Of a stretch of DNA of 64,000 nt, positions 25,801 through 39,500 are shown piece by piece; positions within the stretch are counted from its first letter, which is position 1, and every line of letters begins with the position of its first letter. The notes beneath the pieces were generated by a model. That model was not told the origin of the DNA. It did not search any database and saw only the letters and a program-made list of their open reading frames with translations. The stretch comes from Dimorphilus gyrociliatus (lineage: Eukaryota; Animalia; Annelida): positions 248,001 to 312,000 of the forward strand of contig CAJFCJ010000003.1 of NCBI GenBank assembly GCA_904063045.1, read 5' to 3'. The position numbers and the translations under genes were made by a program.

Positions 25801-27146
25801 AATAGTAGTAATAATAATAGCGATAATAGCATGGTACAGAGACGAAAACAAACTGGACAACATCCTATACGTATCGTATAGAAATTATAGTTTAATAAAT
25901 ACTATTTATTTATTTATTAGCAGTTTTATTGGAGGTTAACGATAAGAATACTCTAATCATTAGCAGTAACGATAGATCAACTTTAAGTAGCTTACAGCGA
26001 GTTTCATCCCAATCCTTAAATGATATATAAGAATGAGAAAAATTGACATTCACATCCGATTTGTATCTTTTTTTTTTCTATTTTAGTTTTTTACTATTCT
26101 CCCTTTTTGCAACATTTTTCCATCTTAAGCTTTCAACGTAAAACAGTTTATTTACATTTTATAGGTTATTACAGTGTGTGTGTGATTTTTTATTATATAG
26201 AAATAATAGAATAATAGTAATAATAATAATAATAAATAAGAAAAGAAGCCTTGACAAAAAAAAAAGAAGAAGAGAGGAGCAATTCTAAATCTGTCTGAAT
26301 AACTAAGTGGAGGGGAGAGGTGAAATAGGCAAACTAGTCCGAATGAACAGCTATATCCATCATTTTCTTATAGTCACCTTCTTTCCTTAGTTATATATGG
26401 TTAATTAGACGCCTAATTATTACAGAAATTGTCATTATGTAAATAATTATGTTATTAATCTTTCTTTTTCGGGGAAAAAGTTTTCATTAAATGAAACGAA
26501 GAGGAAGAAATTATTATTTCTCCGTTTCGAATATGTCTTATGAATGTCAATCGACTCGAAGTTTCTTTGTCATATCGCGTTTATACGGTATAGAAAACTA
26601 ATCAACACAAAAAGAAGAAAACTGTTATTAATCCGCTTGGCAGTTTTATCTTCAATCTTACAGACATCCCGCCTGACTTCATCTACGTAAGCTTTTGTGT
26701 AACGAAAATATAGGTCAAAAACATGCGGCACTTACCAGAAACCTCTCCAGTAACGACTAAGGCCGGAACACCCTCATGGAGCCAGGGAAGAGGTGAAACT
26801 CTTGGAGAATGCAGAGTATCAGACCTTCCGATTAATTGAGTATCCGTATAATCCGCGTACAATCTATTGGAATCCCATTTCCTGTAGCCAGCAGGTGGAG
26901 ACACCAAACTATCAGCTCTATAACGTCCGAAAGGCCTGAAAAGGAGGAGGATCAAGGGATAAATGCCCGCTTTAATCACGCTGTGTTCTTATTCTTTGAA
27001 GTTGGTTAACACAGTATTATGTCATAGTATTATTTGATGTTTTGCAGTAGAACTTATTTTTCTTTCTTTCGCAATATGGATAAGGTGAAAATAATTTAAC
27101 GCCATCTACAATTATTTTGTCTGTCTAATGTGCCTAAAAGAAAGAA

Positions 27147-27187
<41 letters not shown>

Positions 27188-27534
27188 GATTAGCTTTTGT
27201 TCAAGTATTCTGTTAACAACGTTCCAATGAGATTAAGTGAATATAGAGTGTGAAAGTAGTAGTAGTAGTAGAGAGAGAAAAAGAGAGAGAATGAGTAGGA
27301 AAAAGAGGAGGAATGATAGAGAGAAAAGAGTGAAGCTTTTTCTATTTTTATGCTTGATAAATAGTATACTCTATTCTCAAAAGTTTACAGTCGATACTTA
27401 ATAAGAGGGACAAAATACGAGACGACTGTAAATATTTTTTCTAGGTATTTATATTGATTAAGTACAAGGATAAGATTTTTTTCAATGAGAAAGTGGTCCT
27501 AATTACATTTTTGTATGAATAATACATATATAAA

Positions 27535-27572
<38 letters not shown>

Positions 27573-30500
27573 TTGTTCTTTCATTATTCTCCCATACTCA
27601 AATTTACTGTTTTTTCCCCTTTTCCTATTTTCATTTGTAGTTCTGCTTCAAAAGAAAGTTTCTCCTACGTAAATGTTGCGTTCTCAGCAGCAGACGTGTA
27701 TTTAAGTATAGTTCATGGAACACTTCGAGAAGCCAAACTTAGATAGAGGTTATTGTTAGGAGCAACATTTTTACAATGACAAAGTATTGTAGTTAAAATA
27801 TAAATAGTCCTTAGTTTCTTTAATGAATCTTATTCGTTTTCCTCCTATCTTAATATTCTATTCTTTCTCCTATAAAATATTTATTCTTTTCGATTTTTCC
27901 TTTCCATAAAATATTCTCTTATTCAAATAGCAATTAAATTTTTCTTTTAATATACTTATTCATGCTAAGTTGTATAAGACAAATGTATAGTAAATGTATT
28001 CTAATGGGAAAAAGGAAGAGAAAGAGAGAGAGAGAAGAGGAGCAAGTTGATAAACTAAAGAGGAAGACAGATGACACAGCCCTATGACATAGGTGAAAGC
28101 TAAAATTTTATTTCGCTCTTAGGTTTTGAAAGTAATCTACAATTAATACCAAGAGCATAAATGTTGAGCTTCCCCTTCTCCTCTTTCTCCCCCTTCTTCC
28201 ACTCCTCTTCACTCCTAGAAATGTCGTCTAAAGCATGTTTTCGAGTTTGTTAAGAAAAGTTTGAACTAGTTGAGAGATTGAGCAATTTAAAAAGAAAAGA
28301 GAAAAAGCCATCGCATTAAAAGTTAAGAATCATTATAGGGATTAATTAATAAGCACATAGTTCATGCAGAATCACGTATACATTATAGATTTATACTTTA
28401 TATAGTTTTTTCTTCATTTACAGAGAGATTCCATGAATCAGAAAAGTCTAATTTTAATAAATAGAGAAAACTACAAATACAATAATAACAACAACAAGAA
28501 AAGAGAGACAACACTATTGAATTTCGTTGAATATATAGATTAATTAGAAATTTCTCTTGTAATAATTTAATATTTATCATTTAAATAATAATATTTAAAC
28601 AACGTTTGATATCGAATAATAAAGGTTTAATGTGTATTTTCTCTTTTTTCTATTTTTTATCCTACTCAATATTTTGTATTTGTAGAAAAAGCAGCAATAA
28701 CGTTTGTGCAACATCAAGTGCAGCAATCTTTCAAAAGGCAATTAGAGAAACTAATAAAGTGTAGCGCTAGGTGGCGCGTTAAGTAGGCAAATGTTTTTTT
28801 TTTTATTCATAGCCAAAAGCGCAGCATTTTAGCGGTTATGTCAAACAAACTTCATTTTATTTTTGCTGCATTATGGATATAGAAAGGAAACGTAAAGGGA
28901 GAATGGAGAGGGAGAGAATATTAATCTTAAATTTGGCCGATAGGCAGCAGTACAGTCGTTAATACATTTTTACATAAATATCAGAACGGCTTTATTAAGA
29001 CGTGTGTATATGTCATATGTCAAGCACAATTAGCGACTGTGAGTCACGCACAAGTCGGCATTGTGTGAATAAACTAGGAATAAATCGACACGATCATAAA
29101 ATTATATCAGGAGTCATAACGTTTCTCTCCGACAATTTTTCCCCTAATGTTTCCACTTTCCAATTCAATTTTCATAATAAAGCAAAATGTTTATCTCTTG
29201 AACGTTTTAATATATATCAAGTTGTTTTCCTACATCTAGAATATATACAATTATATATCAGTACGTTACTCTGTATGTAAATAATTAATGAGCTTTTGTT
29301 GAAATAACTAAAAAGAGCAGAAGAGAATCAAGTGGGGATCTAACGGGGAAAAAAAAATTCAAGTATCCATAAGAGTCAACAGGCTATAAAAAGAAAGTGT
29401 ATAGGAGAGTAAAATACCAATAAAAATTACATTCCACTTTTGTCTTCGCTTGTGTAAACATTGTAAAGAGAGAATCCTAAAGCTTGAAACATATTTTCAT
29501 CTTTTTTATTCCGAAGCTGACTTCCCCTTAAAAATCTCTCATTTCTCTTTATCATTTATTAGTAATTATAGGATATTTAATACTCTACAAAAACATCTAA
29601 CCTACGAATAAATTCTTTTATTATATAAGAATAGAAGTAAAATCCATTAAACCTTTACGAATTCGTAAATTGGCATTTAATAGAAATATTTCATATTGTA
29701 GAAAGATACCTTCTCATTAAGAGAAGAACTCTTCTTAATATTTCAAAGCTTTAGTTAATTCCATTTAACATATGTACGTTTATGCATTTATACTAATACA
29801 TCTATACTGTATATACATATAAGATGTATATACTCTGTATTAGTTCTCTTTCTAACCTCTTCCTTTTCATCTCTCGTCTTATTCTTTTTTATACGACAAA
29901 AAAAAGCACGTCTAATGGAATAACAATTTTGAATTAAGAATAACATCTGTAATTGATTAATAACACGACATTCATCAAGAAAGCTACTGTATTAGAGGTA
30001 ATTAATTAATTCCCCAAGGATATGCAAATTATCTTAAAAATCTGCCATGTTTTGACCTGAAAATCATTATTTGTTAAATCTTAAATCTCTTAAGTCAAGG
30101 ACAACTAATATGGTTATATCATTGTTAAATTTGACTTTTTTTTCTAATTAATTCTGATAAAAGAAAGAAACAAGGAAAAGGAAAAAATAACAGAGACTTT
30201 TATTACCTAAAAATCTGAGTAAATAATATATTTCCCTTCAAATATAATAAGAAATTCGAATATATATATATATATACTGTATATAAACGATTTAACAGCA
30301 TTATTAGATCTTATTCTAGCACAGTAATTTTCTTTTATGCTATATCAATATCTATTGCATGCTTCAGAAAGCAAAGTAGGCCTAGGTTAGCATAGTTCAC
30401 CTTTAATATACAAGGGTATCTGCACAAGGAATTAGGAAAAGAGAAGACAAAACGAAAGAGAAAAATAATTAATTTTAGAACATTTTGCTGTATTTTCTTT

Positions 30501-33500
30501 GTTTTCTTTTTTTTTTGATAAATAAATAGATAAGTAAGTAATTAGAGAATTTAGGTAATTTCCTTTAGCCTACAAACAAATTAACCTATTTTTTTCCTTT
30601 ATATTAAAAGAAAGAAAAGAAGAAAAATAAATTAATAAATAGAAAAGAATAAGGAAAAGTTGATGAGACGAATCTCCAGATTATCCTCAGATAATAGCTA
30701 CAAATTATATTAAGATTGTATTTGTAGGTATACAATCTTCATACTCTATGGTTTATATATACTATATGTATTTACTATAGAAAATGACGGGCGTGTATTT
30801 TATATATATAAATATTGCTAAGATGTAAATTGAATTTGGATTAAAACTCATTCAATCAATCTAATCTTAACACTAGTTTAATTGCAGGAAATTTTAATTT
30901 AGCAGGCGTAATCTCTTCTCATTTAGCATTCTCCCTCTTCTTTTCATTTTGTCTACTCGCCGTTTCCCTCTCATAGCTACTTTCATTATTTTATACTTCA
31001 ATTTCATTAGATTAATTCTCTCCCGGAAAAAGATTATCTGATGCTTGCTTATCTTATTCTCATTGATACATTTTGTTTCTTTTGAAATGGATTAACGCTT
31101 CTAATGGCAATTAGTAATAAATAATTTATATTAATCCAATTTAGTCAAACTATTAAACAATCAAAAAATCATTTCAAATGAGACACGAAATTCATTTATA
31201 AACTAGATATTTCCTGCACTGGATAAATAACTACTACATGATACCTAAACTCCCCAAGAGCTGATTAGGTACATCCAATTAGGCTTTAGACATTCAATCA
31301 CGTATTTTGCCCCTAGTAACTTGTTAGGTGGGACTTTGACGGCCGTTAACGTTTAACTTACGAATTCGAATATAAACTAAACAAGTTGTTTTTATTAAAT
31401 TATCAACATTGTTTTGTTTTTGATTGATTTATACGATTTTTAAATTTCTCTATGAAAAAGGCCTATAACAGATAAAAGGGTGAAGAATACTACATTATCC
31501 TGTCTGTTCTTTATTAACTATGCGTCAAGCTTATTTGTATTTTAAGTCTCTACATAAAACCGAATTTTAAGTTGATTAACTACTTTAATTCGTTATCAGT
31601 TTATAGTCTTATTTGAAGAGTTTTACACTCAACAAGAAAGGAACAACGTCGAAGGAATAAAAGAAAATAAAAAGATCACTTTTACGGTTTCCTCTTTCTT
31701 TTACTCGTGATGCCGTGTAAGATATTTTACCTCTTACGCATTAATTCAACATCTTATCTTTGTCTTTTGTGCTGGTCAGTAGAGATATAGCTGTGACTAC
31801 GTGTGTATAGAAATGACTTATTAACATCTAGTTTGTTTTGTTTTCTCCCTTTTCCCTCTCTCTCCCTCTCTTTCTTTCTTTCTCCCACTCAAACTAACTA
31901 ACGCACAACAACTGTACATCTTATCAAACGTTCACGAAAGCTTTAAAGTATTAGGGAATAGTTATTAAGGGCACTTTTTGGCTGTTCTGTGTAGTGTAGC
32001 AAGACTGAATGTGATGTAACCAAATGTTTGCTAATTAAATTTAATCAATTTCCTCTTGTGTAAGGAAAATTGTAATGATAAAAATAATCAAGTACTTACT
32101 TTACTTCATCTTCATTCGGCTCTTGAGTTTGTCCATTTTCGAATAGCGCCGCAACTTCCAAATCACTTCCGGTTGGATCATCTATAGCTCCTAGTGATGG
32201 TGATGGTCTATGCCTACTAATTGGTACTGGAATCGATAGTTCAGATGTGGAATGAAACGTTCCCGCTGGTGCCGTATGAGCAACGGTAGTTCCGGGACTT
32301 TTCAAATCCAAAGAAAGTGTTTTACTAATAGATTTTCTATGCGTTGCTAGACTTCTTATTTGCCTAGGAGACGGTGGCGGTGGAGGTATCTTGGGAGGAT
32401 CAGCTAAAGTATGAAGAGAATATAACTATTAAACTACGGCCTATCGAAAGCTGGAGAGGAAAGACAATCATTTATTTAAAAGTGCAATAAAAAAGGAAGC
32501 TAATGTAGCTTAAGGAGGAGCTTTATTCCAGTTAATACAGGTTATTTACTCTTTTGCTCAAGAGGTGCTGTTGACCTTTAACTGTGGTCACATTGTTGAA
32601 CAAATAAATATGAAAAGTAGATAAACATCCTAAATAGCAATATGAAAAGAATGGCAGGGGGAAAAAATCAACTTTGTCAACTAGAAGGAAATACTTTTAA
32701 CTCTTCTTTGTTTATACTATTAACTCTTAATTATTATATTTATTTGTATTAGTACTGGGTTATTGCGTAATAATTTAATCTATATTTAATTCGCTATAGT
32801 CTCTTTCTTTTACGTAGTTTTGTCCCATATTAAGGCCATATTCATATAGCCAAGACTATCATGACAACGCTTGATTTTTTTTTTTTGCTTATCTGCTTTA
32901 TGCTTAAAACCTCTCACCCTCTTCCTCCTCCTTCCCTCCATCCGATTTAGTATAATCATAAATAATAAGTTGGCACAGATTTTGTTTAATTTATGTATTA
33001 TATTAGTATAGCTAATTATCTGTAACTCTCTCCAATCTATCTTTCTGTCTATCTTCTCTTCTCATTCCTCCTTAAATATTAATTTACGTGCAATAGTATA
33101 GAATGTTTTAAATTAAATGTAGATGAAATTATACGGAGTCTATAAACTTGGGTAAAAACTACCACTAAAAACTTAATATTTACCTAACGAAAGACCAAGT
33201 TCTGCAAAATATGCCAAGTTTTCAAAAGAATAAAGAAAAAAATTAAAGTTTTTCTTTAATAAGAAGAAAGTTTTTTTTATTAAAAAAAAAAAAGAAAGAA
33301 AAAAAAAATAACTTAAAAATTGTTCTTGTTTGAGGGAGGGAAAGAAAAAAGAAAAACGTCTTTTCGCATTAAAAAGGTAAGGGAAAATGAAAAAAGAAAA
33401 AAATTAGGCCATAGTGAAAACGATGATTCCATTTAATTAGTTTACTTTAACTTGTCAATGACTGTGGAGACATTACTCATTCATTTACCATAGTGCGTAT

Positions 33501-36500
33501 ATGTGATTTTTTTTTCCCCTCTAGATAAACAAATTAATGTTGATTTAAAAAAAAAAACATAGAACATAAAAGAATAAAAGAAATGAGATAGTCTACTTTG
33601 TCTTTTATACCGTACAAAAAATATTGGAAAAGTAAGATTTTCTACCCTCGTAACCTTAACATGATTTTCTTTACTACGTCTTTATTTTTTAAATAAGAAT
33701 TCTATCAGCTTCTATAATTTATAAAGAAAGGCAATTTATATATAAAAAGAAGAGGAAGGAGGGGAAGAATATAGAAGATAGAGAGAAGAAAAAAAGAGAT
33801 GAAAGAAAAAAAGTTTAGGATGAATAAATTTAAATTATTTTAATAAGTTAAAATAAGATCCGTTAATCATTATTTATTTACATTAAAATGACAATTTTAT
33901 CATTTTCATTATTTATAAATCTGACATATCATTGATTAAAGAGATTTATCATCCTTTAAATATATATACATATATTTATATATATAGTATATATACAGGT
34001 TGCTTTTATTTTCTTAAATCTTATACTTAACATAGCGGAAGGAAGTACAAGTTAATTTTGTCTATATTTCTTAGCACTTTGGCTATAACATTTTAGTCTT
34101 TATGTCCTGTTCCAGGCTCAAAGGCAAAAGTTACTTTTCTCCTTTAGCTCTTTTGCTTAAAAAGATGATAGAACTGATGTTTCTCAGAAATCATTACACA
34201 TATATATGTATATGTTTTTCCTCCATATCTTGCCTCCCCCCCCCCTCCTTCCCGCCCACTCATTCTTTCTCTTCTTCCATTATTTAATAATATCGCTCGA
34301 AAGTATAGAAAAAATGTGAAGAATAAGAAATGAAATAATGAAAATTACCCATTTTCAAGACTGTTCTAGTACAAAGTCATGTTCAGAGATGATTTTGCCT
34401 TAGAGCGAGGACAAGTAAATAAAGGAGGGAAGAGAATTTGAAAGAAAGGAAGGCTACTGAATAGATAGGGAAAATTTGCTGATTCAGCTATAGAAAAAAA
34501 AACTAGTTTGTCTATTGTATTTTGAAGAGTAAATCAACCACCGAAAAAGTTATTTTATCACATCCTCTTCACTTTGTAAGGATTCTTTAAACTATCAACA
34601 AACTTTATGGTTGGTTGTCTGCTCAGCTCTTAATAGCATATAATTTTATGGCATTTTAAAGAGTGCATCAACTAAAGGTAACGCTAAACATATTATATAC
34701 GATCATTTACATTGGGATAATAATATCAAATAGAAATAATTTCTTGTGGTTTTTCTAGCTAACTCACCTTTTAAAAGTTCACATTGCACTCCGATATCCC
34801 TTTGCCAAGGAAATTTTGTAACTTGTGTAACTCTAGCTCCGCAAAATAGGGAGTCCCTCGATTGAGCTCTGGAACCAGGAAGTGCAAGTTGAGATTTATC
34901 CAACCCCTTATTTTCTCCTAATAGGGGATTAGCGGAGGAGACTCTTTCTGGCCTATGTGGTAGTAAGAGATCTTCCGTGCTTCTCGAAATCGGTTCTTCG
35001 GGAACCGGCATGGACATGACGTCCGAGTAGGAGTAGCATTCGCTGTCGCCACTTCCAGAACTGAAGCGTTCCTGACGACGGTCGAAGATTTTTCCTGTTG
35101 AAAAAAAATAAGGTGACGTCTAGCGGATTGAAGAGAAAATGAAATCCTTCAAATATTTTCATACAGAAAGGTTTCTTATCATTGCAATATTTCTCAGCTC
35201 ACACCAGTAAAATGTCCTATCTAAAGAGCAACATAATTTTTACATTATCGAATAAAATGTTAAGTATTCATGAAAATGTTAGCGACATCTATCGTATGTT
35301 ATTTTAAGCATGGAGTCTCAATTGTTGACGTTACTATCTTGTTAAAGGCAAGGGTAAAAAAAAAAAAAAGGAAAAGCTGATTAAGTGCAGATTCCTTCAA
35401 CCTCAAGTGCAAATTTAGAGAGGAAATAGATATTATTTCTTTTTGACGATTAATACTTTTAATTAATTTCTCTCTAGTTGAAAGAAAGAGTAAGAAATAA
35501 AATTAAATCTTTTTCTTTTAAGCGAAAAGCCAGTTCAAGGTTTCCATATGTTTTCCCTTTTTTTTACACTTTAAACAGTTCAAAATGTCACCTAGTCAAA
35601 ATTTCAATTCTTAGTAGTACTATCCCTTTCTTACCAATTCCGTATACAGTATATGTTGAAAACTAGTTAAAAGTTGATGAAAAAGTTAAAGTAACAGCAT
35701 AAAAGTTCAATAATAAATTTTTGATACGATATAGTGGAGAAAAGAGCAAGATGAATCCAACTAATATTCACTATTCGACCTCTTTAAATAATTAAATACA
35801 ATAGTTTTAGCGGTTTGATAATTACAAATTGTATAAATTTCTTTTTTCCCTTTTCGAACATTAGATTGCGAATAGAAAAAAAGTTAATATAACTGTTGAT
35901 TTTTGTTTTTCCCTTTTGTTATTATTTTTTAAGAGATGTTCATTTATTTCCTCTTTTCCTCTCCCTCTCTCTCTCTCTCTCTCTCTATGTGTCTATGTGA
36001 CTGTCTCCCTTTATAAACGTTCTCCTCTTTATATTCTTTTATCTACATTTTCACGTTAACCACTTCATAATTTATCAAGATCTAAGGAAATTTTAATAAT
36101 GTAAATACTAAGATGAAAACGTTTAATTAAAAATGACAAATTATGATTGAAAAATACTTTGACCATTAAACTCTTATTAAGGAATAAAATATGCAAATAT
36201 AAAATAAACCAACAATTTGTTACTCTTATTTTAAATCACACTATCTATTCCCTTCTTTCCTTCAATGAAATGAGTAATCTTTCATATGAATAATGTCTTA
36301 TATATAACATTAAAATTCATGAACAAACAACGTTATTAAACGTTCTGATAGTACGGTCTATATGGGTAGATCTATTACGTTACGTATAGTACTAATACAT
36401 TATCATTATTATTAATTGGTTATTGTTGGTTGATGGTGAAAGCGAAATGAAAAGGGGAAAAGATCCAAATGAAAATATAAACAAGTCAAAAAAAAGCAAT

Positions 36501-39500
36501 AAAAAACACGTAAACAATCAATCAAAACTAGTCTTTTGATTCCATATATATAGTATATATATATATATATATATATTTTACTTTAAACTTCTAGATGACT
36601 TACAGACAGTCTTTAACCTTTCGCTAAATTGTTATTGGTATTAGAAAAATGTCACGTGATCGTATATACCTAAGGTGATGGAAGTATTTAAAAAATCATT
36701 GATATATATATATATATATGATTAAAAAACATAAATATAGCATAATAGAAGGGTAAAGTGGTTTTTTTTATTTAATAATTTAGGTATACTAAGTAAGTTT
36801 AAATTACAAATATTAAGTTATATTTTCAGTTAATATTCGAAACCTCACGTTGAAGGTTAGGAATAGGAAAACAGGATAGCAATTATAAAAAGATTATAGT
36901 GATTTTGATTGACAAAGACAGATAGCTGTAATAGGCAGTCTAATTCGAAACAAAGAAATAATCAAACCGTCTAAATTATAAAGAAAAAGGAAAAGGGGAG
37001 ACAACAAAAGAAGAGAGAGAAAGACTACAGAAAGGTAAGATGCAAAAAATATTTTACAGGTTAAATTATCTATGCAGAAATAGTAATAAATTCGAAAAAT
37101 ATCTTAATCTTCTAGATAAAGTCTGCATTAACGCTGCATTTAACTAAATATATCAAGGCAATCTCTATGAAAATGTACGTTCGTGTAATATCATTTTAAT
37201 GAACTAATCGATATCATTATACTCATATGAAACATCAAAAAAATGATGATCTAAAAGTAGCTTTGATCTACATTCACTATCCAAGGTCACTTACTTTTGG
37301 CCTTTCCATAAAGAGCGTTCAATCAATGATGCACTCTTACGCTTGTTTTTGCGAAACAGAAAAAAATGTCGTTTACTAGAAGACAGTTCTAAAAATAAAC
37401 AATTAACCAAGAAATTTACTAAGTAAATAAAATTAATTAGTTAAACGAACATTTATAACTAATTAGAATTAAATAATTTGTAATAATTGTAGATATTTTG
37501 CGCTGTATTTTACACATATAAACATAAATAAGGTGACTTAAAGAGCAACGTAGAAAGAGGGAGAGAGAGGGAAACAAGTACACAGCCAAGAGTAAAGGAT
37601 GCTTCACCTAATTTTATCAAAGACTATTTTGATAAATAGAAATATAAACAACGTTTAAAAGTGACAATTGGGCTAGAAATATTGTCGACCCCTAAAGAAA
37701 AATAGGTGAGAAGAAAGGTTGATACACCTCGATTACAGGTTGAGAATTTTTTCCCCATTTCTCGTATAATTAAGTGAATAATAGAATAAAGTCATGCGCA
37801 ATAATACCGTCTAACGTCAAGTGCAATGTTATTTTACTGTCATTCCTCAATGCGCTGGGGCGTAAACTCATTAGGTTTACGTAAAAACAAGTTGACGTTA
37901 GGAAATTATTTTATAATTCTTATAAAAATTGACCATACTGCCTAATAGAATTTCTTTTTAATAATTGTAAAACACTATAGACAAAGCTAACCAGATTTTG
38001 CCAATTTATAAGAATACATGCGCTGGGCCAATTGAACCCTTGCAGCAACATCGTCATCTCCTTCTCCAGGGTCGTTGTCCTCGACAACAATTCCATCTTC
38101 TTCGTCCTCTTCAATGCAAATTGCCACAGGCTGACTCCCTCGTCTACAGGGTGGTGGGGGTGTTGCTGGTTTCGATTCAATATTCGCCCATCTTTGAGCT
38201 ACACCAACCAATAATCCGGCACTCTGAACTAAGCCTCCCATACCGGGTGGGGTTCCAGAGCTGCTATTCGATCTCTGAAGAAGAGATTTGAGGCTACCGG
38301 ATGATCTTCGAGATTCCTTGGTTTTTGAAATCAGTGCTTGCAGAGACATGGCTTTGATCGAATGACGGCGGTGTTTCGGAGACGTCTGACGTCATTCCGA
38401 TGCACTTAGTTACACTCTCATTAGCATGTTTAGTGCAATAAAAAAATTCCTGGGTACTTTTATGCCATTTTCGTGGATTTCAACCACGCCTGCCATAGTC
38501 AGCAAATTTAGAAATCATACCCTGAAATTTGCATCATGGCTTACTTTGCTCTAAAGTTCTATTATTATCTATCTTAATTTTGCGGAATCACTAAATAAGC
38601 ATCAGTAATGAAAATACCATTCACCCCATCCATCTTCAACCAAAGAAATAAGAATGGCAGCGCCATCTATCGAGTTATTTTTTCTACTCCTACTCCTACG
38701 TTCTCCTCTAAAGAGTACCCTGGATTGGTCAAATCCTTATGAGATATGGAGCTAAACTAAAAAAAATAGCTACTCTCCCACTTAGCAATAAATGGAAGCT
38801 TAAAATGTTTTGCCTATTGGGAAGGATTTCTTTCATGTAAATCACCCAGAGGGAAACTTTCCGATAGGTAGGAGAAACTACAGTATCAAAAGTAGGTTTA
38901 AAATAAAAAAAGACAGAAAGAGGTCAATTCTATGATGATTATGAAGCCATGTCAAACAAAAAAGAAAAAAGGAATGTGAATGAATGAATAAAGCGGAGAT
39001 GGAGGAATGGTTGGGAAGAAAGAGAAGAGATCTAATAATAGAAATAAGATAATTTTCTTGAATAGTTGGACGAACTTTGGGAAAACTATGAAAGAAGAGC
39101 TTCATTGGTAATGGAACAAGAAAATTAACAATGTCTACTCGGTTTTCCAAAATCTCTCTTATTCCCAATTGCATAAAAATTATGAAGAAAATATAAAGAA
39201 ATACGAAATTGAATGCGATGATCGTCTAACGCTTTTAAAAGAGATTAATCGTCTTTCGTCGTTACCTAACACGCCTACCAAGAATCCCAATTTCCCAAAA
39301 AAAGAAAATTGTAAGAACTCGGCTACCTCTAAAGCGACATCTAACAGCTAGTTCGTTCTTTAAGTCATCTATATTAAATAGTTTAATAGTTCTATTGGAG
39401 TAATCTCTCAACAAGTTTCTTTCTTTGTTTTTTTCTGTCCTGATAGAATATTGGAAATTTTCCTGTTTTTTATTCTTGGTGTTAAGTAATCATTACAAAA

